NCBI GenBank assembly: GCA_015059195.1
Contig: SVAW01000001.1
Location: forward strand, 81,575-145,574
Source: Bacillota bacterium
GTDB taxonomy: Bacteria; Bacillota_I; Bacilli_A; RF39; UBA660
Reading direction: 5' to 3'
Length of the DNA: 64,000 nt
Positions within the stretch are counted from its first letter, which is position 1; each line of letters starts with the position of its first letter. The notes under the pieces were generated by a model. It saw only the letters and a program-made list of their open reading frames with translations. It was not told where the DNA came from and made no database searches. The translations under genes and the position numbers were made by a program. Positions 56,552-64,000 of this stretch are shown piece after piece.

Positions 56552-57487
56552 TTATATTTCTAAATTTTTGCCTTGATAACTATCTCTTCTTTTCATCTCT
56601 TTATCTATTTCATTTAGCACACAGAATTTTTTTACTAACCAATCGGGTTCAATTAAGTCACTAGCTTTTGGATCTCCTGTGATACGATTAATGACTATTT
56701 CTGGTCTTAGATATTCTAGTTGATCACAAACGATATCTACATATTCTTCTTTGGTTAAGACATGAAACTTTGTTTTAGTATATAAATTTGCTAAAGCAGT
56801 ATTTTTTAATATACTAAGCATATGAATTTTTATACCCTGAATATCTAATTGGTTTAAAAATTTAATTGTTTCTATCATCATCTCTTTTGTTTCATATGGA
56901 AGACCATTGATTATATGAACTACCACGTTAATATTTCTTTTTCTCAAACTTAATACCATTTTAGTAAAGCAATCCAATGAATGACAACGGTTAATCAATT
57001 TAGAAGTGCTTTCGTGAATGGTTTGCAATCCTAATTCTATAGTTAGATAAGTTTTTTGAGATAATTCCTCTAAATAGTTTAAACATTCATCGCTAATAGC
57101 ATCTGGCCTAGTTGCAATATTAAGACCAACCACATTTTCTAAATTTAAAATACTTTCATATTTTTCTTTTAATATTTCTACTGGCGCATATGTATTGGTG
57201 TTTGCTTGAAAATAACCTATATACAAACTATTTGGCCACTTTTTAGATATAATATTCTTTATTTCGTTGAATTGAGTGATTAAATTATCCTCCTTGTTAC
57301 CTGCATACTCTCCACTACCAAGTTTAGAACAATAAATACAACCTCCGAAACCCACAGTGCCATCTATATTTGGACAAGAAAATCCTGCATTTAGACTAAC
57401 TTTAAAAACCTTACTATTGAATTTGTGCTTATAAAAATAATCTAGAGTATGATATCTTTTATTTGAATCACTGTATTTAAAACTCAT
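56552..57487 (-). CDS. Radical SAM protein, TIGR01212 (YhcC-like) family
   Basis: CPNIDGTVGFGGCIYC cluster motif and typical length. Confidence 0.8.
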   Translation of the reverse strand: MSFKYSDSNKRYHTLDYFYKHKFNSKVFKVSLNAGFSCPNIDGTVGFGGCIYCSKLGSGEYAGNKEDNLITQFNEIKNIISKKWPNSLYIGYFQANTNTYAPVEILKEKYESILNLENVVGLNIATRPDAISDECLNYLEELSQKTYLTIELGLQTIHESTSKLINRCHSLDCFTKMVLSLRKRNINVVVHIINGLPYETKEMMIETIKFLNQLDIQGIKIHMLSILKNTALANLYTKTKFHVLTKEEYVDIVCDQLEYLRPEIVINRITGDPKASDLIEPDWLVKKFCVLNEIDKEMKRRDSYQGKNLEI

Positions 57488-57587
57488 AATTTCACTTCCA
57501 TATTTATTATATCGTAAATTAGGATAAATTTGGTTGGCAAAATGAACAAAGCGTAATAAAATTAAAATAGACGAGGAGTAAGATAGT

Positions 57588-57716
57588 ATGGTTAGAATAA
57601 ATGTAAAAAAACAAATAACAAAAAAGCTCCTGGGGGGGGGGAGGTATTTAAGTAATCATACTATAACTAGAAAAATAAATAAACACGAAATAATTTTAGA
57701 AAATCCATCGTTCTAA
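57588..57716 (+). CDS. Cassette mini-ORF L4, 42 aa MVRINVKKQITKKLLGGGRYLSNHTITRKINKHEIILENPSF (read-through frame)
   Basis: G10-A-GG puts the ribosome in the third frame. The ORF runs through the hairpin 3' arm and the terminator 5' arm and loop. It stops at TAA 57714-57716 inside the terminator 3' arm. Confidence 0.4.
   Translation: MVRINVKKQITKKLLGGGRYLSNHTITRKINKHEIILENPSF
57632..57641 (+). repeat. Homopolymeric G10 tract (then AGG) inside mini-ORF L4
   Basis: Direct count: ctcct + 10 G + a + gg + tattt. Confidence 0.9.
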
Positions 57717-57736
57717 AGTTTGTTTTCGTGTTTTTT
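57681..57736 (+). terminator. Intrinsic terminator inside leader cassette 4
   Basis: Same scaffold as the other copies, with one wobble substitution and a T6 run. Confidence 0.75.
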
Positions 57737-57768
57737 GTATGCCTTGTTAAGAATAGGAGGAAAGAAAG

Positions 57769-58296
57769 ATGAAGAAAAAAGGATTTACACTAATTGAATT
57801 ACTAGCGGTAATAGTAGTACTAGCAATAATAGCATTAATAGCATTAATAGCATTAATAGCAACAGAAAGATTAGATGGGGAACCAGTAGAAGCTGGTACA
57901 AACAGCAAACCAGTAACGTTATTACTATCAGGACTCTATGATGGAACACCTATAAACTGGGTAGATGCTCACACTACCAAATTAGATGAAATGGCACGTG
58001 CTTGGACAAAATTAGATAGAAGTCATATAGGATTACCAAGCTTGGAACAACTTCTAGTAGCAGATGGTCAATCAGCAGATGATTATATTCTTGGTGATAC
58101 CATGTTAGGCAGACAATGGTTAACTCAATGTGATCATGAGGAGTGGACTAATACAATACACGCATATTGGACATCTACTTCTATCAATGATAATACTGCA
58201 GTTGATATTCCTGTTGGTGGTATGTTGGAGAGCTCTAGTATTACAGTCGTTGGTGATGTAGGTATTCGCCCAGTTATAACATTATCTATAAATTAG
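57769..58296 (+). CDS. Internally deleted pilin-like paralogue P5 (prepilin helix joined to C-terminal module; possibly a pseudogene)
   Basis: MKKKG|FTLIELLAVIVVLAIIALIALIALIA-TERLDGEPVE-AGTNSKPVTLLL... Two in-frame deletions relative to P1 and a 9-bp tandem expansion at 57822-57857. It retains IGLPSLEQLL, AYWTST and GIRPV. Confidence 0.6.
   Translation: MKKKGFTLIELLAVIVVLAIIALIALIALIATERLDGEPVEAGTNSKPVTLLLSGLYDGTPINWVDAHTTKLDEMARAWTKLDRSHIGLPSLEQLLVADGQSADDYILGDTMLGRQWLTQCDHEEWTNTIHAYWTSTSINDNTAVDIPVGGMLESSSITVVGDVGIRPVITLSIN
57822..57857 (+). repeat. 9-bp tandem repeat (agcattaat x3 plus one imperfect unit) in the P5 N-terminal helix
   Basis: agcaataat agcattaat agcattaat agcattaat. P1 has only two imperfect units at the homologous site. 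Confidence 0.85.
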
Positions 58297-58365
58297 GATT
58301 TAAAATCCCAATTTTTTTTGTATAAAAATGTTGTTTGTTACCATAATACTTTTAGGAGGTAATAT

Positions 58366-58806
58366 ATGGAAAAAAGTAGATATAAGCAAATTGTGGATAA
58401 ACATACTCCTAAAGAAAATAGGCTTATCAATGTGTTAGTCTGTTTTTTTACTGGGGGAATTATGGGAGTAATTGGACAAGCTTTAATAGACACATACTCC
58501 AATTGTTTAAATATTCCGACAAAAGATGCATCTGTTTTTATGATAGTTACATTAATTTTTGTAGGGTGTTTATTAACATGTTTAGGTTGGTTTGATAAAA
58601 TTGTTAATTTTTGCAAATGTGGACTTATAGTTCCAATTACAGGATTCGCTCATGCGATGATGAGTGCTGCTTTAGAATATCGTAAAGAAGGAATGGTTAC
58701 AGGAATAGGGGCAAATATGTTAAAACTTGCGGGCAGTGTTATTATTTTTGGAGTTGTTAGTGCCTGGTTTTTTGGCCTAATTAGAATTTTTATTATGGGT
58801 GCTTAA
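58366..58806 (+). CDS. spoVAC: Stage V sporulation protein AC
   Basis: Typical N-terminus YKQIVDKHTPKEN..., four TM helices and the spoVAC-AD-AE gene order. Confidence 0.85.
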   Translation: MEKSRYKQIVDKHTPKENRLINVLVCFFTGGIMGVIGQALIDTYSNCLNIPTKDASVFMIVTLIFVGCLLTCLGWFDKIVNFCKCGLIVPITGFAHAMMSAALEYRKEGMVTGIGANMLKLAGSVIIFGVVSAWFFGLIRIFIMGA

Positions 58807-59795
58807 TGACGACAAAATATAATAATGTATATTTAAATGAAACTAGTACTGTAACCGGTCCGTACGAATCAAAAGGACCCTTTAGTAAACTTTACGATAA
58901 AAGCTATGATGAATTTTATTTTAATACAAAAACTTGGGAACAAGCCGAAAGCAAGCTTATCGATGATAGTGTAGATATTTTACTGGCAAAAATAGGTAAA
59001 ACTAAGTTTGATATTGATTTATTTATTTCGGGTGATTTATTAAATCAAATCACCGCTTCTAATTATGCAGCTTCGCGTTTAAAAATACCTTATTTAGGAA
59101 TTTATAATGCTTGCGCCAGTAGTGTAGAAGGATTAATAATTGGAGCGAATTTCGTGGAACAAGGTCAAGCGAATAGCGTCATTACATCTGTGTCTTCGCA
59201 TAATAATAGTGCAGAAAAACAATTTCGCTATCCAGTTGAATATGGTGGGCCTAAAAGAAAAACAACAACCTTTACAACTACGGGGGGAGCTAGCGCATAT
59301 TTATCACAAGAAAAATCTGATATAAGAATTGAAAGTAGCACTATTGGGGTAGTAGAAGATTTAGGTATTACAGATGTTTATAGTATGGGTGCAGTAATGG
59401 CGCCAGCAGCAGCAAGTACTATTTATAAACATTTAAGTGATCTAAAACGAGAAGTTGGTTATTATGATTTGATTCTGACTGGGGACTTAGGCATATATGG
59501 TAAAAAGATATTAAAGGAATATATGAAAGTTGAATATAATATAGATTTAAATAATTATGATGATGCTGCTTCGATGATTTTCGATATAGAAAAGGAGCCG
59601 GTTTATTCTGGTGGAAGTGGGCCTGCATGCCTACCATTAGTTACTTATAGTTATATTTTATCCGAAATGAAAAAAGGAAATTTGAAAAGAGTTTTGTTGG
59701 TAGCAACTGGAGCGTTAATGTCGCCGACAACAGTAAACCAGAAACTAAGTATCCCAAGTATTGCGCATGCTATTAGTTTGGAGGTAGTATCATGA
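58806..59795 (+). CDS. spoVAD: Stage V sporulation protein AD
   Basis: Thiolase-like fold protein of ~330 aa (NACASS motif) between spoVAC and spoVAE. Confidence 0.85.
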   Translation: MTTKYNNVYLNETSTVTGPYESKGPFSKLYDKSYDEFYFNTKTWEQAESKLIDDSVDILLAKIGKTKFDIDLFISGDLLNQITASNYAASRLKIPYLGIYNACASSVEGLIIGANFVEQGQANSVITSVSSHNNSAEKQFRYPVEYGGPKRKTTTFTTTGGASAYLSQEKSDIRIESSTIGVVEDLGITDVYSMGAVMAPAAASTIYKHLSDLKREVGYYDLILTGDLGIYGKKILKEYMKVEYNIDLNNYDDAASMIFDIEKEPVYSGGSGPACLPLVTYSYILSEMKKGNLKRVLLVATGALMSPTTVNQKLSIPSIAHAISLEVVS

Positions 59796-60142
59796 TATAT
59801 ATAAATTCATTTATATTCTGCGGTTTAGTATGTGTTTTAGGGCAAGTGATTTTAGATAATACAAAACTAACTCCGGGACATGTTACGACATTATTTGTAG
59901 TTATTGGAGCACTTTTAGATACATTTAATATTTATGACAAGATTATTTTATGGGCAGGTGGGGGAGCTTTAGTGCCAATTACTAGCTTTGGGCATTTATT
60001 AATTCACGGAGCAATGGCTGGTGCATATGATTATGGCATAATGGGATTATTTATGGGGATATTTGATTTGACTGCTTCTGGTATTGCTTCTGCTATTATA
60101 TTCTCATTTGTATTAAGTTTACTTTTTACGCCGAAAGATTAA
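59792..60142 (+). CDS. spoVAEB: Stage V sporulation protein AEb
   Basis: 116-aa polytopic protein. PITSFGH parallels the spoVAC motif PITGFAH. Confidence 0.8.
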   Translation: MIYINSFIFCGLVCVLGQVILDNTKLTPGHVTTLFVVIGALLDTFNIYDKIILWAGGGALVPITSFGHLLIHGAMAGAYDYGIMGLFMGIFDLTASGIASAIIFSFVLSLLFTPKD

Positions 60143-60171
60143 AAAACTTCAGCAATAATGCTGAAGTTTTT
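60141..60171. terminator. Bidirectional intrinsic terminator
   Basis: aacttcagc-aataat-gctgaagtt flanked by an A-run and a T-run, between convergent genes. Confidence 0.85.
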
Positions 60172-60811
60172 ATGATGGAAATTTCTTTGACTTTTGAAAT
60201 GATATCTCTGATATAGAGGATTCTGGGATAGATGTTTCTATATGTTGTTGTGATATTGTTTTCGTTGTCGGAACTCTTTCACTGCACATTTGTTGCTCTA
60301 TTTCACTAATCAGCTTTTCTAAATCTCTTAATTCTTTGTTTTTTAAGATGATTTTGTCGACTATAGCATCCAGCTCTTTTTTGCTGTTTTCTAATTTTAT
60401 TTGTAATTCTTCTGGATTTTCGTGAACTAGGCTTTTGTTGTAGCTGGTATATGCATAAAATGATAATCCAGATAAGGATACTGTTGAAATTGCAGATGAA
60501 GCAATTAATGCGGTAATAATTTCATTTATTTTAAAACCGGTTTCTAAATTATAACCCCTACAAGCAACGATAGAAGTTATAAAAAAGGTAAATAATAATA
60601 TTGTCAAAATATTATATTTTATTAAATCTTTTCGTTTTTTCTTTAAATAGAGCGGTGTCATTCTTGCTTCTAATGCTAATGATGTTAATTTGACGACTGA
60701 TTCCTCTAGTTCTAGTTCTTTTGAATTGAGTTTTCTTAGTTCTTTGTGTATGCTACCATATTGAGCTGTTAATCTTGCATGTTGTTGTTTTAATGTTAGG
60801 ATATCATCCAT
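60170..60811 (-). CDS. Coiled-coil membrane protein, unknown function
   Basis: Two central TM helices flanked by coiled-coil-like segments. Confidence 0.4.
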   Translation of the reverse strand: MDDILTLKQQHARLTAQYGSIHKELRKLNSKELELEESVVKLTSLALEARMTPLYLKKKRKDLIKYNILTILLFTFFITSIVACRGYNLETGFKINEIITALIASSAISTVSLSGLSFYAYTSYNKSLVHENPEELQIKLENSKKELDAIVDKIILKNKELRDLEKLISEIEQQMCSERVPTTKTISQQHIETSIPESSISEISFQKSKKFPS

Positions 60812-60920
60812 AAAACATCTCCTTTACGCACTAGACATTATAGACTAATAATAGTTCCTAGTCAAGACATCAATTGCATTTGCCAAGTAAATGTGCTATT
60901 ATCATTACGGAAGTGATTTT

Positions 60921-62339
60921 ATGAATTTACCAAATTTAAAAGAAGCGCAAAAAAGAACTAAAAAAGAGGTATTAGTAAAAACAAATGAATATATAGTAAG
61001 CGAAAATTTTAAAAACTTAGGTTTAGGTAAAAAGTATTTTGTAAAGACTTATGGCTGTCAAATGAATGAACATGACAGCGAAAATATTAAAGCTATTTTG
61101 GAAGATATGAATTTTACTGAAGCTAGTTCGATGGAACAAGCAGATTTAATTCTTTTAAATACTTGTGCGATTAGAGAAAACGCGCACAATAAGGTATTTG
61201 GGATGGTAGGAAGAATTAAACATTTGAAAGAGTCTAAGCCTAATTTAATTGCGGGTATTTGTGGGTGTATGGCACAGGAAGAACACATCGTTGAAGAAAT
61301 TTTAAATAAATATAGATGGTTAGATATAGTGTTTGGAACTCACAATATTCATGAATTACCAAAAATACTAAATGAATCATTACAAAAACAAAAGCTAGAA
61401 ATAGATGTTCAAAGTATCGAAGGTGATGTTATTGAAAATGTTCCTGTTAAAAGAGATAGTAAATATAAAGCGTGGGTTAATATTATGTATGGGTGCGATA
61501 AATTCTGCACTTATTGTATAGTTCCCTATACACGCGGAAAACAAAGAAGTAGGACGCCGGAATTTATTATTAATGAGGTTAAACAATTAGTAATAGATGG
61601 TTATAAAGAAGTAACTTTGCTAGGACAAAATGTTAATGCATATGGTAAAGATTTAAATATTAATTATGGTATGGCTAATTTACTTAGAGATGTTGCGGAA
61701 ACAGGGATAGAAAGGGTAAGATTTGTTACTAGTCATCCATGGGATTTTACTGATGATATGATTGATGCAATTGCCAAATATGAAAATATAATGCCTTATA
61801 TTCATCTTCCATTACAATCTGGTTCTTCTAGTATTTTAAAGAAAATGGGAAGACGCTATACTAAGGAAGAATATTTAGGTTTATTTAATAAAATTAAAGA
61901 AAGAATTCCGGGATGTGCGATTACCACCGATATTATTGTTGGTTTCCCTAATGAAACAAATGAGGATTTTTTAGAAACACTAGATGTGGTAAACAAATGT
62001 AAATATGATTCTGCCTTTACATTTATCTTTTCTCCAAGGATTGGGACTCCTGCTATGCGTATGGAAGATAGAATTTCTTTAGAAGTAAAAGAGTCTCGTC
62101 TTCAAGAATTAAATCAATTAATTAACAAATACTCTAAAGAAGCAAACGATAAATATTTGGGTCAAGTTGTTCCTGTTTTACTTGAAGGCTATAGTGAAAA
62201 GGGAGAAGATATGCTAATGGGATATACTGATACAATGAAACTGGTTAATGTTAAGGGTAATAAAACAATGATAGGTAAAATTGTAGATGTTAAAATAACA
62301 GATGTCAAAACCTGGAGTATGGACGGGGAAATTATTTAA
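60921..62339 (+). CDS. miaB: tRNA-i6A37 methylthiotransferase
   Basis: KTYGCQMNEHDSE, the radical SAM CDKFCTYC motif and a TRAM domain. ATG 60921 is preferred. Confidence 0.9.
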   Translation: MNLPNLKEAQKRTKKEVLVKTNEYIVSENFKNLGLGKKYFVKTYGCQMNEHDSENIKAILEDMNFTEASSMEQADLILLNTCAIRENAHNKVFGMVGRIKHLKESKPNLIAGICGCMAQEEHIVEEILNKYRWLDIVFGTHNIHELPKILNESLQKQKLEIDVQSIEGDVIENVPVKRDSKYKAWVNIMYGCDKFCTYCIVPYTRGKQRSRTPEFIINEVKQLVIDGYKEVTLLGQNVNAYGKDLNINYGMANLLRDVAETGIERVRFVTSHPWDFTDDMIDAIAKYENIMPYIHLPLQSGSSSILKKMGRRYTKEEYLGLFNKIKERIPGCAITTDIIVGFPNETNEDFLETLDVVNKCKYDSAFTFIFSPRIGTPAMRMEDRISLEVKESRLQELNQLINKYSKEANDKYLGQVVPVLLEGYSEKGEDMLMGYTDTMKLVNVKGNKTMIGKIVDVKITDVKTWSMDGEII

Positions 62340-62407
62340 TAGAGTCTATACTCTTTTTTGTGCACTTTTCCCAAACTTTATCATACATTAAAGTGAGGGG
62401 TGATTAT

Positions 62408-62944
62408 ATGGCTTCATTCAAAGAAATAGTTACAAAAGCTATCATTGGCAAAGGGAAAAAGTATTTTAAAAACAATTATAGTATTGGCGTTACTGATAAT
62501 CCTACTACAGTATTAGGGTGCTGGGTTATAAATCATAAATTTAAAGGATATAAATCAGGAGAAAAGATTGGTGTAGACGGGTCTTATGATGTAAATATTT
62601 GGTATTCTTATGATAATGACTCTAAGACTACTGTTGTTAACAAGAAGGTTGATTACAACGATATATTTAATGTTAGAGTCAGAGAAAATGCGGATTTAAC
62701 AGGGGATACTGATATTATTGTAAGAACGTTAAAACAACCAACTTGCTCTAAAGTAAATATTGAAGAAGATGGAAGTATTAGTTTCGATATAGAAAAAGAA
62801 CTTGGCGTTGAAATAGTAGGGGAAACAAAAATGAAAATTTCGATAGAGGAAGATGAGGAACCTTGGGATGAAATTGATGATGATATAACTGAAGAGGAAC
62901 TTCAAAATATTGATGCGACTGTAACGGCTGATTATATAGAATAA
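62408..62944 (+). CDS. cotE: Spore coat morphogenetic protein CotE-like
   Basis: MASFKEIVTKAIIGKGKKY...GCWVINHKF...NIWYSYDND... and an acidic C-terminus parallel B. subtilis CotE. ATG 62408 is preferred. Confidence 0.7.
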   Translation: MASFKEIVTKAIIGKGKKYFKNNYSIGVTDNPTTVLGCWVINHKFKGYKSGEKIGVDGSYDVNIWYSYDNDSKTTVVNKKVDYNDIFNVRVRENADLTGDTDIIVRTLKQPTCSKVNIEEDGSISFDIEKELGVEIVGETKMKISIEEDEEPWDEIDDDITEEELQNIDATVTADYIE

Positions 62945-62972
62945 GCACTAATAAGTGCTTTTTGTTTTTTTG
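62944..62972 (+). terminator. Intrinsic terminator after cotE
   Basis: agcact-aata-agtgct followed by a T-rich run. Confidence 0.7.
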
Positions 62973-63094
62973 AAACAAAAAATAAAAAAATAAAAAAATG
63001 AGTTGAAAGAAAAAACAAAAAGTTTTCAAAAAAAACATTGACTTTAGACTCGGTGTTTGTTATGATGATGTTAACCTAAGATAGGAGGTAGAAC

Positions 63095-64000
63095 ATGATT
63101 GACAAAAAGATACTAGATAATCTTATTGTGGTTAAAAGAAGTGGTCAACGTGTAGAGTTTAATAGTACCAAAATAGTTGTTGCTATCAAGAAAGCTTTTG
63201 ATCATGTTATGCCTTTTAATAGTGAAAAAGAAATAAATAAAACATATGAAGACGTTTTAAATTATATTAATGATAATTATGCTGAACGTAAGACCATACA
63301 TGTAGAAGATATTCAGGATATTATAGAAACTAAATTAAAAGAAAATGGTTTTGTTGATGTTTATTTGGCATTTAGTGGATACAGAATTAGAAGGGCTAAC
63401 TCTAGAAAAATGTTTGAATTAAAACAGCAACATAAATTTGCACGTGCAATTGAAAGAATTGCTGCGCGTAGTAAAGACAACGCTAATTTAACTCCAAACG
63501 AAATAATGCTTGATTTTGGTAAAACAATATCGTGTGAATATACAAAAGCTTTTGTATTAGATAATAAGTTTGTAAGAGCCCATGAGGAAGGGAATTTATA
63601 TATTCATAACTTAGATTATTTTAATTTAGGAAAGCTTTCTTCTACACATCTTATTTTTGATAAAAATATAGATGATACTTTTCCTAGCGACTTAATTTGT
63701 GAAGCAATTAATGCGAAGTGTGAGATAGATGGGGAAGTTTGTATCGATTCAATTGACGAGTTAGTTATTCCTTTCTTACATAAAAAAACAAAAGAAAAGT
63801 TTAAAGAAAATTTATCTAATTATCTAGCTGTTGCGGGTTTGTTAGAATATATAAATTTAAAAAAAGTTGAAGAAATAGTAGAGAGGCAATCAAGTATTTA
63901 TTTTGGTGAGTATTTGTTTGAATCTTTTATACTAAACAAACAGGTGGGGGAAATTTTTTCGTTAGCATATCAAAATAGTATTGATTATATTTCTGAATTT
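63095..64000 (+). CDS. 5' part of an ATP-cone-containing ribonucleotide reductase, probably class III NrdD-like (runs off window)
   Basis: ATG follows AGGAGG, with TTGACT-17-TATGAT upstream at 63039-63067. It has an N-terminal ATP-cone (VVKRSGQRVEFNSTKI) and HEEGNLYIHNLDYF. The frame is open to the window end and is not in the ORF track. Confidence 0.6.
   Translation, partial: MIDKKILDNLIVVKRSGQRVEFNSTKIVVAIKKAFDHVMPFNSEKEINKTYEDVLNYINDNYAERKTIHVEDIQDIIETKLKENGFVDVYLAFSGYRIRRANSRKMFELKQQHKFARAIERIAARSKDNANLTPNEIMLDFGKTISCEYTKAFVLDNKFVRAHEEGNLYIHNLDYFNLGKLSSTHLIFDKNIDDTFPSDLICEAINAKCEIDGEVCIDSIDELVIPFLHKKTKEKFKENLSNYLAVAGLLEYINLKKVEEIVERQSSIYFGEYLFESFILNKQVGEIFSLAYQNSIDYISEF

Larger units (their letters stand above)
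57534..57768 (+). promoter_or_regulatory. Pilin leader cassette copy 4 (most diverged)
   Basis: TTGGCA 57534-57539, 17-nt spacer, TAAAAT 57557-57562. SD GAGGAG, ATG 57588. Hairpin arms 57583-57594 and 57653-57664 (one G-U). Terminator 57681-57736 (one U-G). Pilin ATG 57769. Confidence 0.65.

Noticed and set aside
296-57768. The four dispersed repeats could be a CRISPR array or IS/MITE ends.
   Set aside because: The repeats are over 200 bp long, tens of kb apart, all in one orientation relative to a downstream gene, and lack terminal inverted repeats or target duplications that I could see. No cas or transposase genes are present.
62972-63094. The A-rich region upstream of the nrdD-like gene was inspected for NrdR boxes.
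   Set aside because: I found no palindromic acaC.A.ATAT.T.Gtgt-like box by eye. Only a plausible TTGACT-17-TATGAT promoter is present.

Overview
Very AT-rich chromosomal segment from an endospore-forming, low-GC Firmicute; the organism cannot be named from sequence alone. Most of the window is ordinary housekeeping and sporulation DNA. It holds ruvA/ruvB, rnhB, a U32 peptidase, an rnf operon (rnfC, an rnfD-rnfG fusion, rnfE, rnfA, a very short rnfB-like gene), trmB, an LtaS-family gene, serS behind a T-box leader, murI, mutM, tmcAL, yceD-rpmF, an FtsW/RodA/SpoVE-family gene, rpsT, gpr, spoIIP, nfo, sodA, a class B PBP, rpmG, efp, rpmB, dnaE, sspI, lemA plus a DUF2207 protein, spoVAC/AD/AEb, miaB, cotE, the 5' part of an nrdD-like gene, and one tRNA-Cys. 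I saw no CRISPR array, IS element, integrase or prophage. The unusual layer is a dispersed family of eight genes with a type IV prepilin N-terminus (K-G|F-T-L-[IV]-E-L-L). No pilus assembly genes lie in the window. Five of the eight (531-1481, 3987-4943, 33261-34190, 51742-52650 and the internally deleted 57769-58296) share a mosaic C-terminal module. That module carries motifs typical of DUF1566/FISUMP lectin-like domains ([IL]P[ST]xx[QD], GYW[TL]S, G[VI]RPV). Four of these five are welded to a near-identical ~235-bp upstream cassette, with copies starting at 296, 3686, 51512 and 57534. The cassette consists of a near-consensus sigma-A-type promoter, an SD-led mini-ORF too short for the ORF track, a long hairpin and a strong intrinsic terminator. 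The terminator sits only ~30 nt before the pilin RBS. The mini-ORF contains a G9-G11 homopolymer, and the four copies occupy all three possible reading frames after the tract. Two frames stop within 7 nt; the third, realised in copy 4, stays open through the 5' arm, the loop and into the 3' arm of the terminator hairpin. My hypothesis is a slipped-strand phase-variable attenuator that independently gates alternative pilin-adhesin paralogues. This is inference from sequence only. Homopolymer lengths in an assembly may be wrong, and no database search was possible.
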